Shown piece after piece: positions 1-8,522 of a stretch of DNA of 64,000 nucleotides. The notes beneath the pieces are model-generated. The model did no database searches. It saw only the letters and a list, made by a program, of their open reading frames with translations, and was not told the DNA's origin. How positions within the stretch are numbered: the first letter of the stretch is position 1; every line of letters begins with the position of its first letter. The DNA comes from an uncultured Chitinophagaceae bacterium (lineage in GTDB: Bacteria > Bacteroidota > Bacteroidia > Chitinophagales > Chitinophagaceae). Where the stretch lies: NCBI GenBank assembly GCA_964606315.1, contig CAZSFY010000021.1:1194-65193 (forward strand). The letters are read 5' to 3'. Both the position numbers and the translations under genes were made by a program.

Positions 1-29
1 AAAAAAAGCGCCTGCGGAAGTATATAACC

Positions 30-1142
30 TTACTGCATTAGCGCATCTATTTTTTTCTCCAGATCATCTCCGGTAAGATTACTCGCAACAATCTTACCTT
101 CCCTGTCTATGATCACATTTGAAGGAATACCCATGATAGGATATGATCTGGCAACGCCGCTTTTGAAAGCCTGTAAATCAGAAATATTATACCAGTTGAA
201 CTGCTCTGCTTCAGAAGCTTTCTCCCAGTTGTATTTATTATCGTCCATGGAAAAAGAAACAATTTCCAAACCGCCGGAATGATATTTTGTATATAACTGT
301 TTTAACAGCGGTATCTCTTTCCGGCACGGACCACACCACGAAGCCCAGAACTGCAACAGCGTGTAACGATGTTCCTTTACAATAGAAGCAAGCTGAACAG
401 GTGCACCATCAAGTGTAGCCGCAGTAAAATCAGCGAAATTCTCTCCCAGCATACCTTTGTGCCGACGCTCAAGTGCCTCAGCCTGTTGCTGCCCCATTGC
501 CCTTATCCGTCTGAGCACAAGACTGTTTTCACCAAATTTATCAGCGACTCCTTCTATGATCTCCGTTGTTTTTTTAGCATCAGGCTGCAGCTCACACATA
601 ATCGCTGCAATTCCTTTAACAACAGGATCAGTATGTGTTTTTACCAGATTGTCCAGGTATAGACTTCGCATTTCTTCTTTCCGCAAAAACACCTGAATCA
701 TATCCCACTCCTTTTTTGTTCCTTTCACTAACTCTATATTACCTCCATTGGTCAGTTTTCTAAAAGACGCGTCTGAGTCCATAAAATCTTTATTCTTCAA
801 AAATCCGAGCAGAACAGGATTATATTTCCCCCCTTTAACATTATAGCTGCCATCCGGATGCAATGTAAAATATACCCTGGCTTTCTCCAATATAACAGTA
901 CAACCAGATCCTTCCATTTGTACCACCGCAGGTGTGATTTCATCCACTATACATGAAATATGAAATTTTCCGTTGCGGATAGTATCGCTGGCTAATTGCT
1001 GTATCGGGCCTTCGGTGTATCTGACCAGATGCACCACTTTTCCATCTTTGCCGGATACAGAACCTCTGAGGTCAAACATTTTTTTATTGGCGCTTGTGGA
1101 AACAGTAAGTACCACAAGGCATAATAATACAACATATTTCAT
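30..1142 (-). CDS. Secreted TlpA/AhpC-TSA family thiol-disulfide oxidoreductase with an N-terminal extra domain
   Basis: 370-aa ORF with an N-terminal signal peptide (MKYVVLLCLVVLTVSTSA). Thioredoxin-fold active site WASWCGPC. Last gene downstream of SusC/SusD on the same strand. Confidence 0.85.
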   Translation of the reverse strand: MKYVVLLCLVVLTVSTSANKKMFDLRGSVSGKDGKVVHLVRYTEGPIQQLASDTIRNGKFHISCIVDEITPAVVQMEGSGCTVILEKARVYFTLHPDGSYNVKGGKYNPVLLGFLKNKDFMDSDASFRKLTNGGNIELVKGTKKEWDMIQVFLRKEEMRSLYLDNLVKTHTDPVVKGIAAIMCELQPDAKKTTEIIEGVADKFGENSLVLRRIRAMGQQQAEALERRHKGMLGENFADFTAATLDGAPVQLASIVKEHRYTLLQFWASWCGPCRKEIPLLKQLYTKYHSGGLEIVSFSMDDNKYNWEKASEAEQFNWYNISDLQAFKSGVARSYPIMGIPSNVIIDREGKIVASNLTGDDLEKKIDALMQ

Positions 1143-1222
1143 TCGTATATTTTTTACTTTTTTCTTCGCACGTAAAATATTTTACGTTCCACATTTACTT
1201 GAATACCTTTTAAACAATCTCT

Positions 1223-2614
1223 CTAGCGCGGATTAGGATTTATTTCAGGATTTAATTCGATATACTTTCTGCCGATAGGTAATACCATTCTGGGGCTTTC
1301 AGGTAACAATGTATATACCGCACCGTTAATCGTCCGGGTTACCGAAATATTATCATGATCAAATACATTGTAACGTTTGATATCAAAAAGTCTGAATCCC
1401 CGAAACGCTAATTCACGACGCCTTTCTGTCTTCACCAGCGTAAGCGCCTCCTGTGGGGAAGTTGCCGTCAATTCATAATCACTTCCAGTTTTAAATCTCG
1501 AAGCCCTGAGTGTATTCAAATCATTTATAGCTTCTGCTGTTTTTCCCTGCCGTGCATAACACTCGGCACGCACAAGGTACATTTCTGCAGTAGACGGACC
1601 CTTAACAGGTGTGCGACCAGTCCACTCCGTACTAATATATCCAAAATCCATTCCGAAGAGTGCATCGCTAAAATACATAGCTGGTACGCGAAGATCATCG
1701 GTTATATCAAACAGATTTATCAAATCTGTATTTGCATAAAATAAAGAAGTAGGAGAAGTGGTACTTTTCAGCAGCAACACTTCGGGGTTTTGCAAGCCTA
1801 TCGGGTAAAGCAGCGTACCCGGTATCATATTGCTCGCCTCTAAAGTATTAAAGTCAATTAATGTATTATACAATATCAGAGAGGAATCTGCATACTTCAA
1901 TGCATTCTCCGTATTGTTCATATAAAGATTTGCCCTGGCCAGTAAGGCATAAGCAGCAGGCTCTACCGGACGATAATTATAATTGAGCATCGGAGTGTTG
2001 GGAAGATGTCCAATGGACAGTTTCAGATCATTCACAATAAAATCATACACTTCCTGCACGCTGGCTCTTTTCAGATTCTCTTCAAAATCAAGCCCCGGAC
2101 GCAATGACACACCATCATCACTTGCGGCTGTTGCGGGGTTATATTGTTTGGCATAAAGATTAACCAGTAGTAAAAGCGCATGTGCCCTGTGTACTCTGGC
2201 TTCTGCCAGCAATTGATTTTTTTCTTCAGTGGTTCCTCCCTCTGCATCCATCACTTCGGAAATCACCAGATTAGTGACATAAATCTGATTATATAATGCT
2301 TCCCAATCGGGATCGGATTCAAAATCCTGGTAAATATGCTCTGCAAAAGTCAGCACATTCTGATTAGTAGCATTATAAAAATTAGCAGAAAAAGCATTTA
2401 CATCCATATCATCGGCCATTAGTACATCATTGCTGAAACTATTGACAAACCCCTTCGATTTTCCATTAGGGTTCATCTGATTCAACAAAAGGCGATAATC
2501 TTCTGTTTTTTTAGGGATGATCTTCCCTTTGGGAACTACATCCAGGTATTTTTTGCAGGCTGTGAATCCCAGTGATACAACAGCGAGCAGATATATATAG
2601 ATAATACGTTTCAT
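1223..2614 (-). CDS. SusD/RagB family nutrient-binding outer-membrane lipoprotein
   Basis: 463-aa ORF with a lipoprotein signal ending in Cys (LGFTACKK). TPR-like helical sequence typical of SusD. Lies 9 nt downstream of a SusC-type gene. Confidence 0.9.
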   Translation of the reverse strand: MKRIIYIYLLAVVSLGFTACKKYLDVVPKGKIIPKKTEDYRLLLNQMNPNGKSKGFVNSFSNDVLMADDMDVNAFSANFYNATNQNVLTFAEHIYQDFESDPDWEALYNQIYVTNLVISEVMDAEGGTTEEKNQLLAEARVHRAHALLLLVNLYAKQYNPATAASDDGVSLRPGLDFEENLKRASVQEVYDFIVNDLKLSIGHLPNTPMLNYNYRPVEPAAYALLARANLYMNNTENALKYADSSLILYNTLIDFNTLEASNMIPGTLLYPIGLQNPEVLLLKSTTSPTSLFYANTDLINLFDITDDLRVPAMYFSDALFGMDFGYISTEWTGRTPVKGPSTAEMYLVRAECYARQGKTAEAINDLNTLRASRFKTGSDYELTATSPQEALTLVKTERRRELAFRGFRLFDIKRYNVFDHDNISVTRTINGAVYTLLPESPRMVLPIGRKYIELNPEINPNPR

Positions 2615-2623
2615 ACGTTTCAG

Positions 2624-5600
2624 TTAAAAATTTGCTCTGATAATAAAAGAGAATTCAGGACGAAGTGGTAACACGATATTGTTTCTGTCAACTGTCAGAT
2701 ATTCAGGATCAAGATCTGCCTTATTGAAAGTTATAACAGCCAGATTTCTCGCCTGCAACCCAATAGAAACAGGAGAAGTAGCAGTCCTGAACAGCTTCGC
2801 TGGCAATGTATAATTTATCAGTAATTCTCTGAAGCGTATATGCGATGCCGTTTCCACATTGATGTTGGCATATTTCGTGTATTTGTCATAAACGTTCAAT
2901 CCCGTTACCGACACAGGTGCCACCGGCGTATTCGTGCGTGCCTCATCTCCCGGCTGCTTCCATCTGCTATCCCAATCTTTATGTAACTGCAGGTTGTTAT
3001 CGAAAAGTGACTGATATTGAATAACCGGCACACGGAACATATGTCCCATCTTATAAGTAAAATTGACCAGCACAGAGAACCCTTTAAAGCTGAATTCATT
3101 GATCAGCGCACCATAGTGTGGCGGAATTGAGGAACCCTCATAAAGCATCGCAAGTGTGTTCTCCATATCGGTTGTGTAATTGACCGGTGTCTTATTTTCA
3201 TCAAACACCTGCGGCCATCCCTCTGCACTTAATCCCGCCCATTGATAACTGAACAGATAATTCAGAGGTTTTCCTGCCTGTGGAATACTAGCCAGATAAG
3301 AACCTACTGTTTCCTGCGGGAAATCGACTTTGATAACATTATTCTTATTGTAGCTATAGTTTAATGTGGCGTACCATTTAAACTGGCGGTCGATGATTAA
3401 TCCTGACAAACTTATATCCACACCCTTATTACGCATGCTGGCGTAGTTGATCACAGCACTGTTAAAACCATAAGTCCCGTTCACCGTAGCATCGCCCAGC
3501 AAATCATCGCTTAATCGGTTATAGTATTCCAGTGATCCTTTCAGACGGTTGTTCAACATACTGAAATCGATGCCGAGATTAGTAACCGTTGTCTTTTCCC
3601 ATCTCAGCAAAGGATTCTGGGGATTGGCAACATAGGCATAGGGCTGATTGGTCTGCTGATCCGTTGCCACATTAGCGATCAGGAAGGGACTAGAACTTTT
3701 ATCTACGTTACCGTTGATACCATAAGTAGTCCTAACTATAAGACTGTTAAACACTGATTTGACAGGAAAGAAATTTTCCCGGTGCAGCTTCCAGCTCAGA
3801 CCTGCCGACCACAACCATACATCACGATAATCTTTAGTAGCACCGAAAAGATTGGTCTTATCCAGTCTTGCACTGGCATTCAGCGTATATTTATCAAATA
3901 ATGTATATCCTGCGTTACCATAATAAGAAACGAATCTGTTCAGTGTATCTCTGAAAATTGTTTCATCGGGGATAAGACGCTGACTTCCTCTAACATCTGT
4001 ATACATACGCGTATAATCCACACGTGCAAACTGAAGGCTCTGCGGATCATATCCGTATTTAGTTTGGCTGGACACATTGCTTCCCAACTCACGCACTTCC
4101 GTCCCTGCTATGGCAGAAATAAAATGTTTACCAGCATCGAAAGCGCTTTCATATTTCAGTTGCCCTCTCAGCGTATGCGAATAAAAACGGAACAAATTCT
4201 CTCTGAAAATACTTCCTTTGGGAATACCTGTAACCAGTGCATTATTATTAATGGAAGTGGAATAATTAACCAGATCTCTTACAAAATAGGTTTCTTCGTT
4301 GAGCAGGTTGTTCGTATTGGCATTACCAGATTCGTACTGATAACCTACATTAGCAGAAAACTGTTTGTTGAACTGATAATTAATACGCGCGACCGCATTG
4401 ATATTTGTACTGTTGGTTTTATTGTCTTTGTTCCTGAACTCCTGCACCATATTATAGTTCCAGTTGTACGGATAACCCATCCCTACAAACGCTTCTTTAT
4501 CGGCCTGATAAAATGTTTGCGGCTGCACCAGATATTCACCATCTGCTCCGAGCAAACGTTGATAAGGTAGAAGATTTCTCAGATCACCCAAACTCATACC
4601 ATTATCTTTACGGTTATTGATCACTACATTCAATCCGAAATCAGCATGCAGCGAACGTGTTAATGCTACTGATTCAAACAGGTCGCCTACAAAACGTTCA
4701 GTAACATTATTCCTGAATTCCTGATTTACCTTATCGAAGCTGAATGATGCCCTGTGAGAAGATTGCAATCCTTTGCCTGAAATAGCAATAGTATATTGCT
4801 GCCTGGTGGCAGGGCCCATGAACTGATCACGAAATTCATTATACGCATTAATATTTTTCAGTGGATTCACCAGCTGATCCGCTGTTGCAGAATGATTCAG
4901 GTAAGCATCTACCACCGGTGAAATAGCCGGGCGTGGTATGCCGGTAAAAAAGGTAAGATTATTATCCACCCTATATTTTTCAAACTCAATAAAAGAGCTG
5001 ACAGGAGTAAAAGGCAAATCGGATAAGTCAGATACCGGTGTAACAGATAAAGTTGACGTGAAATTAATATCGAGTGGTTTCCTACTCGACATTCCTCTTT
5101 TAGTTTGTATAACGATAACACCGTTAGCGGCTCTTACGCCCCATATCGAAGCAGCAGATGCATCTCTTAATACAGTAACACTTTCAATATCCACTGCATT
5201 GATCGTTTCTACCGGCCGTTCAATGGGAAATCCGTCCAGCACAATTAAAGGAGCTTTGTTACCATTGATCGTGCTTTGTCCGCGAATAGCGATCTGTCCG
5301 TCTGAAGATGTGAGCAAACCTGCAACCTGTCCTTCGAGATAAGAGAGAATATTAAAATTGCTTCTTTTCTCAAGTGTGGCCTGATTTACTTTTCCAAAAG
5401 ATCCTGCTACTCTTTCTCTGGGAAGATACTGATAGCCGGTGGAGACCACTACTTCTTCTTCGATTTTTCTGCTTTGCTTTAATATAATAGTCACATCTTC
5501 AATATTGTCCTGCACATGATAACTGACCGGTTCAAATCCAACATAGGAAATAAAGATCTGAGCACCCGGTTCAGCATCTATGGTGCAACCTCCCTGCCTG

Positions 5601-6037
5601 TCTGTAATAGCTGTTTTGGACGTTCCGGCGATAGTGACAGTAGCACCGGCCAAAGGATTGCCCAGAGAATCAGTTACACGAAAGCTGACAGGTGGCTGCA
5701 GATATCCTTCAGATAGATGAGGCACATTGACAGAGCCCTTTCCGGGCTTAAGGGAGATCAAAATATTTTTCCCTTTGATGCTGTAACGAAGCGATTGAGA
5801 TTTAAAGACCTCATCAAGAAATTTTTCCAATGGAACGTTCTTTGCATCAATGGAAACGGGCTTTGAAAGCCTGACCCTGGCTTCTGTATAAATAAATACA
5901 AATCCCGTTTGCTTTTCTACTACAGGGAAAATACTTGTAAGTGGAACGTTTTGTCCCGAAAAGCTGACTTGTTGTGATACAACTTTAGCAGATGCGTGTA
6001 GTAAACAAACAGTCAATAATACACAGGTTAGTTTCAT
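2624..6037 (-). CDS. SusC/RagA family TonB-linked outer-membrane transporter with an N-terminal signalling (STN) extension
   Basis: The ORF runs to 6166. The in-frame ATG at 6037 gives a signal peptide (MKLTCVLLTVCLLHASA). This is followed by an STN-like segment, a carboxypeptidase-regulatory-like segment (FRVTDSLGNPLAGATVTIAG), a plug (TonB-box region) and a beta-barrel ending in F. Confidence 0.92.
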   Translation of the reverse strand: MKLTCVLLTVCLLHASAKVVSQQVSFSGQNVPLTSIFPVVEKQTGFVFIYTEARVRLSKPVSIDAKNVPLEKFLDEVFKSQSLRYSIKGKNILISLKPGKGSVNVPHLSEGYLQPPVSFRVTDSLGNPLAGATVTIAGTSKTAITDRQGGCTIDAEPGAQIFISYVGFEPVSYHVQDNIEDVTIILKQSRKIEEEVVVSTGYQYLPRERVAGSFGKVNQATLEKRSNFNILSYLEGQVAGLLTSSDGQIAIRGQSTINGNKAPLIVLDGFPIERPVETINAVDIESVTVLRDASAASIWGVRAANGVIVIQTKRGMSSRKPLDINFTSTLSVTPVSDLSDLPFTPVSSFIEFEKYRVDNNLTFFTGIPRPAISPVVDAYLNHSATADQLVNPLKNINAYNEFRDQFMGPATRQQYTIAISGKGLQSSHRASFSFDKVNQEFRNNVTERFVGDLFESVALTRSLHADFGLNVVINNRKDNGMSLGDLRNLLPYQRLLGADGEYLVQPQTFYQADKEAFVGMGYPYNWNYNMVQEFRNKDNKTNSTNINAVARINYQFNKQFSANVGYQYESGNANTNNLLNEETYFVRDLVNYSTSINNNALVTGIPKGSIFRENLFRFYSHTLRGQLKYESAFDAGKHFISAIAGTEVRELGSNVSSQTKYGYDPQSLQFARVDYTRMYTDVRGSQRLIPDETIFRDTLNRFVSYYGNAGYTLFDKYTLNASARLDKTNLFGATKDYRDVWLWSAGLSWKLHRENFFPVKSVFNSLIVRTTYGINGNVDKSSSPFLIANVATDQQTNQPYAYVANPQNPLLRWEKTTVTNLGIDFSMLNNRLKGSLEYYNRLSDDLLGDATVNGTYGFNSAVINYASMRNKGVDISLSGLIIDRQFKWYATLNYSYNKNNVIKVDFPQETVGSYLASIPQAGKPLNYLFSYQWAGLSAEGWPQVFDENKTPVNYTTDMENTLAMLYEGSSIPPHYGALINEFSFKGFSVLVNFTYKMGHMFRVPVIQYQSLFDNNLQLHKDWDSRWKQPGDEARTNTPVAPVSVTGLNVYDKYTKYANINVETASHIRFRELLINYTLPAKLFRTATSPVSIGLQARNLAVITFNKADLDPEYLTVDRNNIVLPLRPEFSFIIRANF

Positions 6038-6310
6038 GACTAACACTATTTTAAGAAAAAATGGTCGCCTCCACCAGGCTGGCCATGTATCCGCCTTCGC
6101 AGTAGCTAAGACTAATAGGGTTTGGTCTTCGCGAAATGCTATAGCAGACAAAGCAGTTTTTGGCATATTTTGCAGTGTTTGGGTGATGAAATAGAGTCTC
6201 TTCAGGACTATTGTTACCAGTTACCCGGACAATCAGCCGGAGATGTTGCAACCATTTCCGGCTTTTGTTTTGGGTAAGTATCTAATGATTTACCTCATAT
6301 ATCTGATTAT

Positions 6311-7612
6311 TTAGTTAACATATAATGTTTTTCCTTCTAGCCGAAACCTGACATCGCTCACTTCCTGTAAAATATCGAGCACGTCAGATAAAGGAACACT
6401 GCGTTCTATTTTTCCTCTGAAAATTTCACGACGGATATTATTACGGTATTGTACGCTGATATCATACCATCTCTCTATCTGCCGCATGACTGCACGAATA
6501 TCGAGGCCATCGAAATTGAACAGACCATTCTTCCAGGCCAGTGTTCTGTCGATATCGGATTTAATTATTTGAGGTATCAGATTCGTTGCCGATGAAACGG
6601 ACTGCTGTCCGGGTATAAGCGTTACCTTCTCTTCTACTCTCACACTGCCTTCCAGCAAAGTAGTGGTAATCACTTCTTCATTAGCATAGGCATTAATATT
6701 AAAGCTGGTGCCAAGCACTTCTACTGAAGATTTTCCATCAATATTTACGATAAATGGTTTTTGTTTGTTTTTTGCGACCTCGAAATATGCTTCACCCTGT
6801 ATCGTAACCTCCCGCCTATCGCCAGTAAAGGAAACAGGATAAGTGATGGAGCTGGACGCGTTGAGCCAGACTTTTGTACCATCGGGTAAAGTAATTTGGT
6901 ACTGCCGACCTTTAGGTGTGGTCATTGTGTTACAAACCATCTCTACAGCAGCTTCGCCCGTTACATTATACACTAGCTCTCCATTTTTAATGGCCGCTTG
7001 TGAGCCGCTTTGCAAAGCGATTACACCATTGCCTAGGCTATCCAACACCACCTGCGAGCCGTCAGCTAGTGTAAGTATTGCACCGTCCTTACCAGGAGCG
7101 ATGTCGATAGTTTGTTGTGCTACGACAGGTGGTTGTATATTTTTTTTATTAGCATTCCGTAGATAAGCACCAATACCAAATAAAATAATGATAGCCGCAG
7201 CATAACGAAACCAGGCAGTCTTCAGGAAATGTACACGGCGAACAGCGGGAGTATCCGCAGACTGAAGATCTGCGGTTAAAGGTTGACCAGGTTGAATCTG
7301 ATTTTCGTGAAAAGCTTGATTAACGAGTTGATCAGGTTGAAGAATTGTTGCGGCAACCATATTTATTCCGCGTTGCTTGTTCAGCTCACGATTCTTTTCT
7401 ATTTCATTCCACTTACTTAGTCTTTCCTGTAGAAAAGAAGGATCTCCGAGACGAGTAAAGAGAGCAGCATTTTCGGCAGACTGATTTTTCCATTTTTCCA
7501 ACATTATTAACTCCTGCTCCGAAAGCAGCTCCCCATTTACGAATTTCTGTAGCAGAGGAACTACCGGATCAATTATTTCCATGTTGAACAATAGAAAATC
7601 GTCGTTATCCAT
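6311..7612 (-). CDS. FecR family anti-sigma factor / transmembrane sensor
   Basis: 433 aa with a single central TM segment (WFRYAAAIIILFGIGAYL) and a periplasmic FecR-like domain. The C-terminal segment is typical of SusC-coupled FecR proteins. It sits between the ECF sigma gene and SusC. Confidence 0.88.
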   Translation of the reverse strand: MDNDDFLLFNMEIIDPVVPLLQKFVNGELLSEQELIMLEKWKNQSAENAALFTRLGDPSFLQERLSKWNEIEKNRELNKQRGINMVAATILQPDQLVNQAFHENQIQPGQPLTADLQSADTPAVRRVHFLKTAWFRYAAAIIILFGIGAYLRNANKKNIQPPVVAQQTIDIAPGKDGAILTLADGSQVVLDSLGNGVIALQSGSQAAIKNGELVYNVTGEAAVEMVCNTMTTPKGRQYQITLPDGTKVWLNASSSITYPVSFTGDRREVTIQGEAYFEVAKNKQKPFIVNIDGKSSVEVLGTSFNINAYANEEVITTTLLEGSVRVEEKVTLIPGQQSVSSATNLIPQIIKSDIDRTLAWKNGLFNFDGLDIRAVMRQIERWYDISVQYRNNIRREIFRGKIERSVPLSDVLDILQEVSDVRFRLEGKTLYVN

Positions 7613-7662
7613 GCAGATTTATTTTAAGTAGAACAACCGAAATGGGATACCGTGACAGATTT

Positions 7663-8250
7663 TCAAAAAAATATCAGAAAAAGTAAAAGCCTGCTTATGC
7701 CTTTTTTTATTAATCCGGCTTTAAGCTCTTTAATAGCCCGCGCTTTTCGTTGACGCAGGTTCTCCATGCTGATACCAAGCCGATCAGCTACTTCAGCAGA
7801 GGGAAGGCCCTGGAAGTATAACAGTTCCACTACCTGCCGGTACGTTTGCGGCAGTTGCTCAATTTCCTTATAAATAAGACGCATTAAATCAGTTTCAACT
7901 ACGAGTGCACCAAACTTCGGTTCATCAGGCACTTCTATATTAGACAGATACCGTTCTGTTTTTTCTTTAACCTTTAAGTGTTTCAGGTAATTCAGGCTGG
8001 CATTTTTAACCAGCGTAAAAAGATATCCTCTTAATTTACCAATTGATTCAAAAACGGAAGGTATCTGCCAAATTTTGACAAGAGATTCAATAGCGATATC
8101 TTCAGCCTGCTGCCGGTTTCCTATAATATTTAAAGAGAAAAAAACCAATGAATTATAATAAGTGTCGTGCAGATAAGAATATATAGATGCATCTCCCTCT
8201 GCAATGCGCAAAAGCAACTCCTTTTCGTTGTATGAATGATCTCCGGGCAA
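7663..8250 (-). CDS. ECF (sigma-70 family) RNA polymerase sigma factor
   Basis: 195 aa with region 2 and region 4 motifs (LPQTYRQVVELLYFQGLPSAEVADRLGISMENLRQRKARAIKELK). The track start is a TTG, so the start is uncertain. Confidence 0.88.
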   Translation of the reverse strand: MPGDHSYNEKELLLRIAEGDASIYSYLHDTYYNSLVFFSLNIIGNRQQAEDIAIESLVKIWQIPSVFESIGKLRGYLFTLVKNASLNYLKHLKVKEKTERYLSNIEVPDEPKFGALVVETDLMRLIYKEIEQLPQTYRQVVELLYFQGLPSAEVADRLGISMENLRQRKARAIKELKAGLIKKGISRLLLFLIFF

Positions 8251-8522
8251 ATTTGAAGTTTCAGTAAATTTCAGGTTCGCAAACTACTCATAAAAAACGA
8301 AATCAGTGATTATCTCAAATTTCCAGGATGTGTAAGTGGATCTAAATTCCTACTGCGATATTTAGTTTTTGGTGTTAATTAAATTCACAACCACTTTGAC
8401 CATGATATCTTTTTCTGCCGGTTTGGATTCCGCAATCATGAGTGTTAGAGCAACCAATGCGTTGTCTGCAATTTTTTTGGAGCCGTCTGGTTTATATAAA
8501 GGACAGAATAATCCGCATACAA

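Noticed and set aside
1-29. T7 run on the minus strand after the thioredoxin gene stop, considered as a possible terminator.
   Set aside because: Only a 3-bp GC stem is visible within the window, and any real hairpin would be cut by the window edge. It cannot be supported.
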